A DNA stretch of 64,000 bases from Amphiscolops sp. MND2022. Lineage: Eukaryota. The notes under the pieces were generated by a model. It was not told where the DNA came from and did not search any database. It saw nothing but the letters and a program-made list of their open reading frames with translations. Shown here piece after piece: positions 1 through 12,800 of this stretch (position 1 is the stretch's first letter; each line of letters begins with the position of its first letter). The stretch covers positions 52,826,001-52,890,000 of the forward strand of contig OZ076409.1 in the NCBI GenBank assembly GCA_964187785.1. Direction: 5' to 3'. Position numbers and translations under genes: made by a program.

Positions 1-309
1 ATTTTATCAAAGGGTTCCCCCTTGAATTTTTTGTTGTCGGTTTGTAAAAAACGTTTAATGAGCCTAAAGGGTCTTTTTTGGGTTTTTCGGCATTATGCGA
101 CTTTTTTTACCAAATACTTTTTTGGAAAATTTTTAATTTTTTTCAAAGGCAAATTAGTTTTTTTCTGATGTTTCCAGTGAAGAAAAAACTTTGAGTTTTG
201 GGGAAAACCCTTTCGGGATTTTTCGGCGCTGTGTGATAAATGAAAAAGTTTTTCCTTGAATATTATTGAACCTTAGATATGACGCTGACTTGACCGTTCC
301 CGGCTTGTT
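1..309 (+). mobile_element. 3' part of DINE-1/Helentron-like non-autonomous element, family A
   Basis: Ends in ccttagatatgacgctgact-tgaccgttcccggcttgtt, the family 3' subterminal repeat plus hairpin. The body closely matches 45620-45857. Confidence 0.7.
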
Positions 310-909
310 TTTCAATCCGGTCGAAGTTACCATTCCGTGCCGAATTCCAAAATTCTACAAAAATTCTGCAAATTGGTCGGAATGGTCTCCTCATTCTTAT
401 TATTCAGATTATTGAGGAATTTGAGTGTTTTTTCGAAAAAAAAACATTCTATTTACCAAGAAGTGTCTCTACTTCAGTTTTTAGTGTCCCTACGAAACGG
501 GTGGGCTTATCAGTTCCGATGTTTCGTTGCATTCAAATATCGAAAGAAAAGCACCCTATATCTAAATTTTTGACATTATATCCGAAGTAATTGATGTTTC
601 TGATGAGCATAAAAGCAAAGAGGCCTTTTTAGGCTCCAAAGGGTCCTCCTTTATGTTTTTTTTGGAAGAGGTCCTCCCTTAGGTTATTTCGGTACTGTGA
701 AATTGATAATTTATTCAAGTCATTGACGCTTTGAAGTACTTTGGCTCTTTTTGAGCCTTAAGCTGCTCGCTGACTCTTAAACATTTCCTTATTTGTTCTA
801 TCGAATTCTTAAAACCAATTTTGCATGCTTTTTAATTTTCAAAATTCAGCTGGAAACCAAATGGTAGAAGTTGTATTCCGATTTTTTGTATACCTTGTTT
901 TTGTTATAG

Positions 910-992
910 CCTTCCCCTGGAGGATCCACAGAGAGTGGGCAGTATGCCTTGCAAGGTGATGCCATATCTCAAAACTCACCTTCTAGATTGAG
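910..992 (+). CDS. Candidate internal exon of an unidentified gene
   Basis: ttgttatag acceptor, open frame PSPGGSTESGQYALQGDAISQNSPSRL, gttagt donor. Its phase does not join directly to the 2454 exon, so an intervening exon would be needed. Confidence 0.3.
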
Positions 993-2061
993 GTTAGTGT
1001 AACTCTTAACTACTAACTCGTCCCCTGATGCGCTCTAGAGGCTTCAAATGCCCAATCAGTAGCCTAATAACTACTAACACCTAACCTGGTTGTTTCAGTC
1101 TTTGATACGATAGTGAATGTTCCTTCCACCTTCTCACCGAAGTATCTCGATGATGCACAAATGATGTCGTAATGTTTCAGCATGGAACAGGTGATATTTC
1201 TATGGAGATTTTCAGGTCATAATGTCATCAAATTGAAATTCAGTACTAAATGCCCAAGAAACTCGAAATGGTGTATTTTTTGTTAGTGTAAGATTAATTA
1301 TAGAAGAAATAACTTTTATTTCTGTGATGTTTTAGTGACGCCACTTTGATGACTGGTTTTCACCCTCCTATGAACTCTGCTAGAATCTCTGATCAGCCCA
1401 AACCCGCTTTGGACACAATACAGCACTTCATAGAAAACATGTTGAAAGACATTTCTCAAGGTACACACTAACTTCAAATACCACAAAACAGTTTTAAAAA
1501 GAAAAACTGCATTTGAATTCTGAATTTTCGGACATCGCTCAGTATCTTCAAATTCCAAATTGTTACCTTAATTTTACTGTTGATGAAAAGTTTTAGTATG
1601 GATGTGACAGTTTTTTTCATTTTTTTCCGATAGCATCATTTTTAGCTGACTCGCTTTCGACTAGCGGTCAATTTTTTTACAGCAACTAATTGTTGAGAAA
1701 TCAGATTGTAAAAGATATCGGTTGTATGCAAAAGCTTTTTGCTTCTAGTTTTCCAATTCATTCGATTGAATATTGGGAGTTTTAATTTATTTCAGAGAAT
1801 CTGTTACTTTTTACAAATGGAAGATCTGCTCTAATTCTGTTTAAAAATAGCTTTTCTTACAATCTTTTTTACTGCCGAACTTGGATTTTTAACAGCGCAT
1901 CGAAAATTTGGTCATTAGTTGTGGTTTCGAATGTAGCTAATATTGTTCTGCCGTTTTTCTCGTTTTATACACTTCTTTTTCGCGCGATGTGGCGAAATAG
2001 GCCTGATAAACGGGATATTTTTCATTCGGCAGTGATGTGTTTTAAACACCTTAATTGAGAG

Positions 2062-2288
2062 AATTCGTTCAGAATTTTGATTGTCAACCAAACATTTCAA
2101 CATTTCTGATTCAATAATACTCTGGTTTTTCTTCTGCAACAATGTTCAGATCAATCGAGAACCAAGATCAAGAACCACTGGGATCTTGGTTCTCGATTGA
2201 TCTGAACATCAAAAAAGTTTCAAAAGAGAAACCAGAGTATTATTGAATCAAAAATGTTTGGTTGACAATCAAAATTTTTGAACGAATT
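2062..2288. repeat. Long imperfect inverted repeat (hairpin)
   Basis: Perfect 28-bp inner arms at 2142-2169 and 2182-2209 around a 12-nt loop. Outer arms aattcgttcagaattttgattgtcaaccaaacattt / aaatgtttggttgacaatcaaaatttttgaacgaatt. Confidence 0.9.
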
Positions 2289-2453
2289 TCAAAATTCCGC
2301 ACGGTTTTTTGGCTGTGAACAAAGTTGAAGCTTCTATTTCGGGGGTGTCTTATATTGAAGCAAGCCATAAAATTTGAGAAAGTGTCTTACATTCGGAGCC
2401 TGCCTCATAATAGGAGAAACTGTATATATAATATACCCTTTTGTAATTTCTAG

Positions 2454-2680
2454 TGGTGGCAGGGGATAGCTCCTCTCAGAACTTGGACCTGAGCACTTCT
2501 CTGAATCTTCGCAACTATCGCGAGCTGGAGAGGAACGCAGAAAGAGAAGTCATGGGTCGCGTGATGCGTGACTCGGACTGGGATATGTACACTGATGCAG
2601 ACAAAAGAAGGTATAAACAGGATATACAGAGTCTAATTGACTCTGCTTTCGAACAACAGTATCTCGACACTTACCGATGA
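2454..2680 (+). CDS. Probable terminal coding exon of an unidentified gene
   Basis: ttgtaatttctag acceptor, GC-richer open frame (V)VAGDSSSQNLDLSTSLNLRNYRELERNAEREVMGRVMRDSDWDMYTDADKRRYKQDIQSLIDSAFEQQYLDTYR*, then AT-rich UTR-like sequence. Confidence 0.6.
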
Positions 2681-4639
2681 AGGACACTTGTACCAAAACC
2701 CAAAAAAAATCCGGCAGCACAATGATACAATCTGTTCTCGCCTGTAAAGAGTTTGTGAATGGTAAAAAAAAGGTTCATTTCATCGGTGTCAAATGTTTTC
2801 AAACTTGGAAGTTACTTTGAATTGCCCAGTTTATATATTTTTCATGTGTATAAATGGTAGCTCATCTGTAAATATTGTTAGACGGTGAATTGTACATTTT
2901 CGAGAGATGTTAATAGCTGTAAATTTTGGAATTGAATAATTATCTTGCATGCCAGTTTTTGTGAAGATCACTGTTTCCGTAGAATTTCCATTGATTTACC
3001 TTATGCACTAAATGGCTTAGCTCGGTTTATTCAGAAATCCTATCATTGTTCCCAATTCATGTTTTTTATATCAAACCAAATTGATTTTCTGGTGATGCAT
3101 TTCAGATTTTGATGAACTTAGGCATCGAATTCTTCATTGTCGCGAGCTTTGGTAAGTGAAAATATTTTTTGAAATATTTCTGAGTCATCTTTTAATGTCT
3201 AAATGACAAACAACCACTTGAAATGGTTCTTGCGACACCCGTAAAAGTGTTTCAGAATGTCCATTACTCTTCGCAGTAATAAATTCAGCGGATTTCGCTA
3301 ACATAATATTTATGTATTTGAATGATTTTCGGACTTCCCTGAAGTAGTGGATTCGGCAAACAAGCTTCGCATGTAATGCGTTGGTTGCATCAAAGGGTTT
3401 TTTGCTATTCCCCCAGCCTACGGGCAAAAAGATTTAGGTTTTCATTCATCTTCGGATTCATCGCTGTCCACTGATTGCACTTTCAAATTTTGAGACCATT
3501 AGTGTTTACACGTCCGAAGAAAATCGACTATTGGACCATATTTACGTGGACCACGGATTTGTGATTATCTTTTTCAAATTCAACTGAAAAAAAATCCGAG
3601 AAACTTTTGTTTCTCAAATTTTGGAAAGTTAGACGGCTCTTGAAAAATTCGTGAAATCATTAGGCGTTACAAACTTAATTACCAAATAGTTCCATTCTTT
3701 TATCACAGGACTATCGTAATCAGAGTACACCTTAGGTAGTCGAGAAAGCGACTAGTCGTTAAACAGACTACTTAGTGTATAACTTACGATTAGAGCATGA
3801 GCATTATTTTGTTGCCTTGCTTATATGGGTATTGAAAACTTCGTATGTTCCACCCTTTAGGCGGGCAATCTGTTGGTACTCGTGACGCACTCCAAATGCA
3901 TCAACTTTGATTTGAACAAGACGCAACTGTAAATTTTATTGGTTGAAACTTCAGGTTGATCACATTTGCAATATGATTTTTTTCAGTTGGTACGATATGA
4001 TTACTGATTGGTAACAGAAACTGTAAGTATCAATTTCGTAAGCGCGGCAACAACGGAACAAGGAAACTTCACTTACCATTCGTAATTTCAAGTGAAAATA
4101 AGTATAATGGCATATGAGACGAAAGTCATTTGAAAACAATATTGCTTTTACAAAGGTGCGGTTCTGATTACGCCGCGCGATTTCACCTACTGTATTGTAT
4201 GTGAGCAGTTACTGCATTAGTTGTCACTAACTGGTGGGAGGGTGTATGGTCAGAATACCTTTCCCTAGGAAATAACAAGAGACCCGCAGCGAAGTGCACG
4301 GTTTCAGACGATATCCAATGAAAAGACCGCGCTTAAAATTTCATTATTTGATGTGATGCAGTCTAGAAACTGTTTGGAAAAAATCCAGGCAATTTTAACG
4401 AGAAATTTCGAAAACAAAGGCTGAAAAGGCTGATACACCTTTCAAATTTTAGTTCTCCCTTGATCTAGCACTTGTACTGAGCTAAGTAAAAGCTCGAAGA
4501 AAAAGCAAGAATTACAATTGAACTTGAAATTTTGAAAGAATTATTCGTCACTGAATAGTAAATAACGCAAAGAAAATCATCACATCACAAAAATTGTTTT
4601 GAAAACAGTTCTGAGATCCATCAAAATGGCGTATTAAGA

Positions 4640-6175
4640 TCTCAAACATCGGAGTTCCAAACAGACTGACAGCTTGTTTCTCCAACGATACTTGATCTAG
4701 AGCTGTTGCAACCAAGAACTGACTCCTAACTCGATCAGGCATCTGCAATTGCTGGAGAGCACCTCGATGGCAGGGCCTGAAACAAAACATAAATCTACAT
4801 AGTTGTAAGGGCCCAAAAGAAACCGAAAAGTCCTAAAATCCGATGGTGACTCACACGTCTCATGCAACCCATTACGATACACATCCCGGTAACGAACTAG
4901 CAGGATCCTGCTAGTTCGATTTTTGTCCAATCAGAGCGGGAATAATTTTCTTGGAAGTTTTCCACTTGTCATACATTACACGCATTGATAGGACGTTACA
5001 CTAGTTGACACAGCTTCGAATGTGCTAATGGCATTGAAAAATTGGGAACTATAGTCAACTTAAAAAGTGCTTCCAACTCGAGGAAACATGACAGTTCAGA
5101 AACTTCAGACTATGGATTTTTTTACGAAACCGACACCAGAGAAAAAACGTAAATATAATACCCAAAAACGCATTAGACTCGAGCTTCGAAGTTTCGGACA
5201 CACTGACAGCTTGCTCCTCCATCAACGACACTTGAGCTAGAGCTGTTGCAACCAAGGACTGACTCCGATCTCGATCAGGCATATACAATTACAGCAGAGC
5301 ACCACGTTGACAGGGTGTGAAATAAAAACAATTCTCGTTAATTGTCAGAGCCCAAAAGAAACCGAAAAAGTCCTAAAATCCGATGGTGACTCACGCGTCT
5401 CATGCAACCTAGAATGTGCTAATGGGATTGAAAAATTGGGAACTATAGTCAACTTGAAAGTGTTAGAGAACTCGAGGAAACATGACAGTTCAGAAACTTC
5501 AGACTATGGATTTTTTTACGAAACCGAAACCAGAGAAACGTAAATATAAAAACAACAAGACGGGAACGTCTAAAGTCGGCGCTATATCTAAGGCTAAAAA
5601 AGCGCAAAAAAAATTTTTGAATATTTTTTATTTCAGAAAATGTCGCATAGTGCCGAAAAATGTAAAAGGGATACCCTTTGGGCTTTATCAACATATATTC
5701 TGTTGCAAAATATCAAAAAACTTGAAAGGGGGACTCTTTTGATACATTAAAAAATTTTTGAAAAAAGTCGCACAATGCCGAAAAAAAATTGAAAGGGGGG
5801 ACCCTTTAGTCTCGTCCGGTTTTGAAGGCTACGGTAAAATAGTAAAATATGAAAGGGGGGACCCTTTTGCACTGATTTCCGCTGACCGGACTTGGCCTTA
5901 TGCTAGTAGTTTTAGTAGTTTCGATTGTAAGAAAAGTGGCCCAATCAGCGTGAGATTGTAGTCTGACGAAAAAAAAACTAGCCACTGTAAGTGTCGGGCA
6001 CTTTTCACTAGAAAAGCGCCGACAAAAACGCATGAGACTCGAGCTTCGAAGTTTCAGATTGACTGACAGCTCGTTCCTCCACCAACGAGACTTGAGCTAG
6101 AGCTGTTGCAACCAAGGACTGACTGTCAACTCGATCAGGCATCTACATTAGCAGGAGAGCGTCATGTTGATGGGT
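4640..6175 (-). pseudogene. Locally duplicated decayed fragments of an LRR-like (F-box/LRR-type) gene
   Basis: Three related segments (~4640-4870, ~5165-5410, ~6030-6175). Minus-strand translation includes LCFVSGPAIEVLSSNCRCLIELGVS, resembling cysteine-containing LRRs. Stops and frameshifts are present. Confidence 0.4.
5554..6028 (-). mobile_element. Helentron-like non-autonomous element, family A
   Basis: Near reverse complement of 44884-45385. The paralogous empty site at ~5150-5175 shows insertion into an A/T run with no clear TSD. Confidence 0.8.
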
Positions 6176-6219
6176 TGTTGTTCCCAAGAAACCAGGTTTC
6201 TCAGAACAATCAAAACAAG

Positions 6220-6819
6220 TCAAACAACAGATTTTATTACTCTTTGAAAGAGACGGACAGCATGGGGTATGTCAACTTCATGGTTTAAGTGAACACCATC
6301 AGGTTCAAAATGTAAAATGACCATAAGGATTAATGTACTTGGGGCTGACACAAGATTAATTGGATCAAGCTAAAACATTAGTTTCTTGTGCAATGAATCT
6401 CGCGACATCAGGCCTGGACATTGGACCAAATATTCTATCAGCACGAGGATAACGCCATCGGACTTCAGTTTTGAAGTTTGCCAGACTGAGAGCTACCTCC
6501 TCTGGACTTTTAGCAATAGCGTCGGTTTCTAAGGATGAGGAGTCAAGTCATTGTTTCCGCACCAAACAATGACTGCATCGTATTTTGCAGCCATTTCAGA
6601 GAAGTCGAGCGAAAATTGCGCTCGCAATCCGCTTCTAGGGCACCAAAGAACCAAACCAGTCGGCAGTCAAATAACAAGTAGAGAGAGAACAATTAATGAA
6701 CTGGAACAAACACTTACTCTAGGCGCAAATAGTCCGCAAGATGACTATCTTATGCGAATTTCGGTACACATTTTTTCAGCTTAGAGTCACCCAATCTTAA
6801 CACAGAGCAACTTCCCCAT
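6220..6819 (-). pseudogene. SGNH/GDSL hydrolase pseudogene (first of 12 tandem copies; last copy 18506-19103)
   Basis: Minus strand, across frameshifts: MGKLL..LGDS(N)L (GDS 6791-6783); GTAAGT donor 6717-6712; LVWFFGALE; YDAVIVWCGNNDL (GNNDL 6558-6544); SPEEVALSLANFKTEVRWRYPRA..GPM.RPD; HFEPDGVHLNHE (DGVH 6300-6289); RLFQRVIKSVV*. SGNH blocks I, II, III and V occur in the correct order. Confidence 0.8.
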
Positions 6820-9800
6820 CGAAACTGTTTGCTTGCTTATGTGAAAGGGAGGCAATGCGTATCCGTTACACTCAAATTATTTTGATTACGCAGAACTCAC
6901 GCAGAATTTGCGCTAACCAACAGCTTTTGCGGCACCAATAACGGCACTGTTAAAAAACCTGTCAGCTGTAAAAAAACTTATTAGGAACAAACACGTAACC
7001 TAGGAGCAAGTAGTCAACAGGATGACTATCATTTACGGAATGCTGTACACATCTTTTCAAGTTAGAGTCGCTCAATATTTACACTCTGGAAGCAACTTTA
7101 CCATCGAAACTGATTGCTTGCTTATGTAAAAAGGTAGCAATGAGTATCCGTTACCTCCAAATTATTTTGCAACCAAGGACTGACTCTCAACTCGATCAGG
7201 TATCTTCATTAGCAGGAGAGCGTCAAGTTGATGGGTTGTTGTTCTCAAGAAACCAGGTTCTTTCAGAACAATCAAAACAACAGTCAAACGACAGATTTTA
7301 TTACTCTTTGAAAGAGACGGGCAGCATTGGGTATGCCAACTTCATGGTTTAAGTGAACACCATCAGGTTCAAAATGTAAAATGACCATAAGGCTTAATGT
7401 ACTTGGGGCTGACACAAGATTAATTGGATCAAGCTAAAACATTAGTTTCTTGTGCAATGAATCTCGCGACATCAGGCCTGGACATTGGACCAAATATTCT
7501 ATCAGCACGAGGATAACGCCATCAGACTTCAGTTTTGAAGTTTGCCAGACTGAGAGCTACCTCTTCTGGACTTTTAGCCATAGCGACGGTTTCTAAGGAT
7601 GAGGAGTCAAGTCATTGTTTCCGCACCGAACAATGACTGCATCGTATTTTGCAGCCATTTCATAGAAGTCGAGCGAAAATTGCGCTCGCAATCCGCTTCT
7701 AGGGCACCAAAGAACCAAACCAGTTGGCAGTCAAATAACAAGTAGAGAGAGAACAATTAATGAACAGGAACAAACACTTACTCTAGGCGCAAATAGTCCG
7801 CAAGATGATTATCTTTTGCGAATTTCGGTATACATTTTTTTTCAGGTTGGAGTTACCCAATCTTAACACTGAGAGCAACTTTCCCATCGAAACTGTTTGC
7901 TTGCTTATGTGAAAGGGAAGCAATGCGTATCCGTTACTCTCAAATTATTTTGATTACGCAGAATTTGCGCTAACCAACAGCTTTTGCGGCACCAATGAAC
8001 GGCACTGTTAAAAAACCAGTCAGCTGTAAAAAAAAACATATCAGGAACAAACACGTAACCTAGGAGCAAGTAGTCAGCAGGATGACTATCATTTACGGAA
8101 TGCTGTACACATCTTTTCAAGTTAGAGTCGCTCAATATTTACACTCTGGAAGCAACTTTACCATCGAAACTGATTGCTTGCTTATGTAAAAAGGAAGCAA
8201 TGAGTATCCGTTACCTCCGAATTATTTTGCAACCAAGGACTGACTCTCAACTCGATCAGGTATCTTCATTAGCAGGAGAGCGTCAAGTTGATGGGTTGTT
8301 GTTCTCAAGAAACCAGGTTCTTTCAGAACAATCAAAACAACAGTCAAACGACAGATTTTATTACTCTTTGAAAGAGACGGGCAGCATTGAGTATGCCAAC
8401 TTCATGGTTTAAGTGAACACCATCAGGTTAAAAATGTAAAATGACCATAAGGCTTAATGTACTTGGGGCTGACACAAGATTAATTGGATCAAGCGAAAAC
8501 ATTAGTTTCTTGTACAATTAATCTGGCGACATCAGGCCTGGGCATTGGACCAAATATTCTATCAGCACGAGGATAACGCCATCGGACTTCAGTTTTGAAG
8601 TTTGCCAGACTGAGAGCTACCTCCTCTGGACTTTTAGCAATAGCGTCGGTTTCTAAGGATGAGGAGTCAAGTCATTGTTTCCGCACCAATGACTGCATCG
8701 TATTTTGCAGCCATTTCAGAGAAGTCGAGCGAAAATTGCGCTCGCAATCCGCTTCTAGGGCACCAAAGCAGTAGGCAGTCAAATAACAAGTAGAGAGAGA
8801 ACAATTAATGAACAGGAACAAACACTTACTCTAGGCGCAAATAGTCTGCAAGATGACTATCTTTTGCGAATTTCGGTAAACATTTTTTCAGGTTAGAGTC
8901 ACCCAATCTCAACACTGACTGAGAGCAATTTTCCCATCGAAACTGTTTGCTTGCTTATGTAAAAGGTAAGCAATGAGTATCCGTTACTCTCAAATTGTTT
9001 TGATTACGCAGAACTCACGCAGAATTTGCGCTAACCAACAGCTTTTGCGGCACCAGTAAAAGGCACTGTTAAAAAACCAGTCAGATGTAAAAAAAACTTA
9101 TTAGGAACAAACACGTAACCTAGGAGCAAGTAGTCAGCAGGATGACTATCATTTACGGAATGCTGTACACATCTTTTCAAGTTAGAGTCGCTCAATATTT
9201 ACACTCTGGAAGCAACTTTGACATCGAAACTGATTGCTTGCTTATGTAAAAAGGTAGCAATGAGTATCCGTTACCTCCAAATTATTTTGCAACCAAGGAC
9301 TGACTCTCAACTCGATCAGGTATCTTCATTAGCAGGAGAGCGTCAAGTTGATGGGTTGTTGTTCCCAAGAAACCAGGTTCTTTTAGAACAATCAAAACAA
9401 CAGTCAAACGACAGATTTTATTACTCTTTGAAAGAGACGGGCAGCATGGGGTATGCCAACTTCATGGTTTAAGTGAACACCAGCAGGTTAAAAATGTAAA
9501 ATGACCATATGGCTTAATGTACTTGGGGCTGACACAAGATTAATTGGATCAAGCGAAAACCTTAGTTTCTTGTACAATGAATCTCGCGACATCAGGCCTG
9601 GGCATTGGACCAAATATTCTATCAGCACGAGGATAACGCCATCGGACTTCAGTTTTGAAGTTTGCCAGACTGAGAGCTACCTCTTCTGGACTTTTAGCCA
9701 TAGCGACGGTTTCTAAGGATGAGGAGTCAAGTCATTGTTTCCGCACCGAACAATGACTGCATCGTATTTTGCAGCCATTTCATAGAAGTCGAGCGAAAAT

Positions 9801-12800
9801 TGCGCTCGCAATCCGCTTCTAGGGCACCAAAGAACCAAACCAGTTGGCAGTCAAATAACAAGTAGAGAGAGAACAATTAATGAACTGGAACAAACACTTA
9901 CTCTAGGCGCAAATAGTCCGCAAGATGACTATCTTTTGCGAATTTCGGTAAACATTTTTTCAGGTTAGAGCCACCCAATCTCAACACTGACTGAGAGCAA
10001 CTTTCCCATCGAAACTGTTTGCTTGCTTATGTGATAGGTAAGCAATGAGTATCCGTTACTCTCAAATTGTTTTGATTACGCAGAACTCACGCAGAATTTG
10101 CGCTAACCAACAGCTTTTGCGGCACCAGTAAACGGCACTGTTAAAAAACCAGTCAGCTGTAAAAAAAAACTTATTAGGAACAAACACGTAACCTAGGAGC
10201 AAGTAGTCAACAGGATGACTATCATTTACGGAATGCTGTACACATCTTTTCAAGTTAGAGTCGCTCAATATTTACACTCTGGAAGCAACTTTGACATCGA
10301 AACTGATTGCTTGCTTATGTAAAAAGGAAGCAATGAGTATCCGTTACCTCCAAATTATTTTGCAACCAAGGACTGACTCTCAACTCGATCAGGTATCTTC
10401 ATTAGCAGGAGAGCGTCAAGTTGATGGGTTGTTGTTCCCAAGAAACCAGGTTCTTTTAGAACAATCAAAACAACAGTCAAACGACAGATTTTATTACTCT
10501 TTGAAAGAGACGGGCAGCATGGGGTATGCCAACTTCATGGTTTAAGTGAACACCATCAGGTTAAAAATGTAAAATGACCATATGGCTTAATGTACTTGGG
10601 GCTGACACAAGATTAATTGGATCAAGCGAAAACCTTAGTTTCTTGTACAATGAATCTCGCGACATCAGGCCTGGGCATTGGACCAAATATTCTATCAGCA
10701 CGAGGATAACGCCATTGATGTTTGCCAGACTGAGATCTACCTCCTCTGGACTTTTAGCAATAGCGACGGTTTCTAAGGATGAGGAGTCAAGTCATTGTTT
10801 CCGCACCAAACAATGACTGTATCGTATTTTGCAGCCATTTCAGAGAAGTCGAGCGAAAATTGCGCTCGCAATCTGCTTCCAGGGCACCAAAGAACCAAAC
10901 CAGTCGGCAGTCAAATAACAAGTAGAGAGAGAACAATTAATGAACAGGAACAAACACTTACTCTAGGCGCAAATAGTCCGCAAGATGACTATCTTTTGCG
11001 AATTTCGGTAAACATTTTTTCAGGTTAGTCACCCAATCTCATTACTGAGAGCAACTTTCCCATCGAAACTGTTTGCTTGTTTATGTGAAAGGGAAGCAAT
11101 GCGTATCCGTTACTCTCAAATTATTTTGATTACGCAGAATTTGCGCTAACCAACAGCTTTTGCGGCACCAATGAACGGTACTGTTAAAAAACCAGTCAGC
11201 TGCTGAAAAAGCCTATTTGGAACAAACACGTAACCTAGGAGCAAGTACTCAGCAGGATGACTATCATTTACGGAATGCTGTACACATCTTTTCAAGTTAG
11301 AGTCGCCAATATTTACACTCTGGAAGTGACTTTACCATCGAAACTGATTGCTTGCTTATGTAAAAAGCAAGCAATGAGTATCCGTTACCTCCTAATTATA
11401 TTGCAACCAAGGACTGACTCTCAACTCGATCAGGTATCTTCATTAGCAGGAGAGCGTCAAGTTGATGGTATGTTGTTCCCAAGAAACCAGGTTTTTCAGA
11501 ACAATCAAAACAACAGTCAAACAACAGATTTTATTACTCTTTGAAAGAGACGGGCAGCATGGGGTATGCCAACTTCATGGTTTAAGTGAACACCATCAGG
11601 TTCAAAATGTAAAATGACCATAGGCTCAATGGACTTGGGGCTGACACAAGATAAATGGGATCAAGCGAAAACATTAGTTTCTTGTACAATTAATCTCGCG
11701 ACATCAGGCCTGGGCATCGGACCAAATATTTTATCAGCACGAAGATAACACCATCGGACTTCAGTTTTGAAGTTTGTCAGACTGAGAGCTACCTCCTCTG
11801 GACTTTTTGCAAAAGCGACAGTTTATAAGGATGAGGAGTCAAGTCATTGTTTCCGCATCAAACAATGACTGCATCGTATTTTGCAGCCATTTCAGAGAAG
11901 TCAAGCGAAAATTGCCCTCGCAATCCTCTTCTAGGGCACCAAAGAACCAAACCAGTCGGCAGTCAAATATACAAGTTGAGAGAGAACAATTTTTGAACAG
12001 AAACAAACACTTACTGTAAGCGCAAATAGTCCGCAAGATGACTATCTTTTGCGAATTTCGGTAAACATTTTTTCAGGTTAGTCACCCAATCTCATTACTG
12101 AGAGCAACTTTCCCATCGAAACTGTTTGCTTGCTTATGTGATAGGTAAGCAATGAGTATCCGTTACTCTCAAATTGTTTTGATTACGCAGAACTCACGCA
12201 GAATTTGCGCTAACCAACAGCTTTTGCGGCACCAGTAAACGGCACTGTTAAAAAACCAGTCAGATGTAAAAAAAACTTATTAGGAACAAACACGTAACCT
12301 AGGAGCAAGTAGTCAGCAGGATGACTATCATTTACGGAATGCTGTACACATCTTTTCAAGTTAGAGTCGCTCAATATTTACACTCTGGAAGCAACTTTGA
12401 CATCGAAACTGATTGCTTGCTTATGTAAAAAGGTAGCAATGAGTATCCGTTACCTCCAAATTATTTTGCAACCAAGGACTGACTCTCAACTCGATCAGGT
12501 ATCTTCATTAGCAGGAGAGCGTCAAGTTGATGGGTTGTTGTTCCCAAGAAACCAGGTTCTTTTAGAACAATCAAAACAACAGTCAAACGACAGATTTTAT
12601 TACTCTTTGAAAGAGACGGGCAGCATGGGGTATGCCAACTTCATGGTTTAAGTGAACACCATCAGGTTAAAAATGTAAAATGACCATATGGCTTAATGTA
12701 CTTGGGGCTGACACAAGATTAATTGGATCAAGCGAAAACCTTAGTTTCTTGTACAATGAATCTCGCGACATCAGGCCTGGGCATTGGACCAAATATTCTA

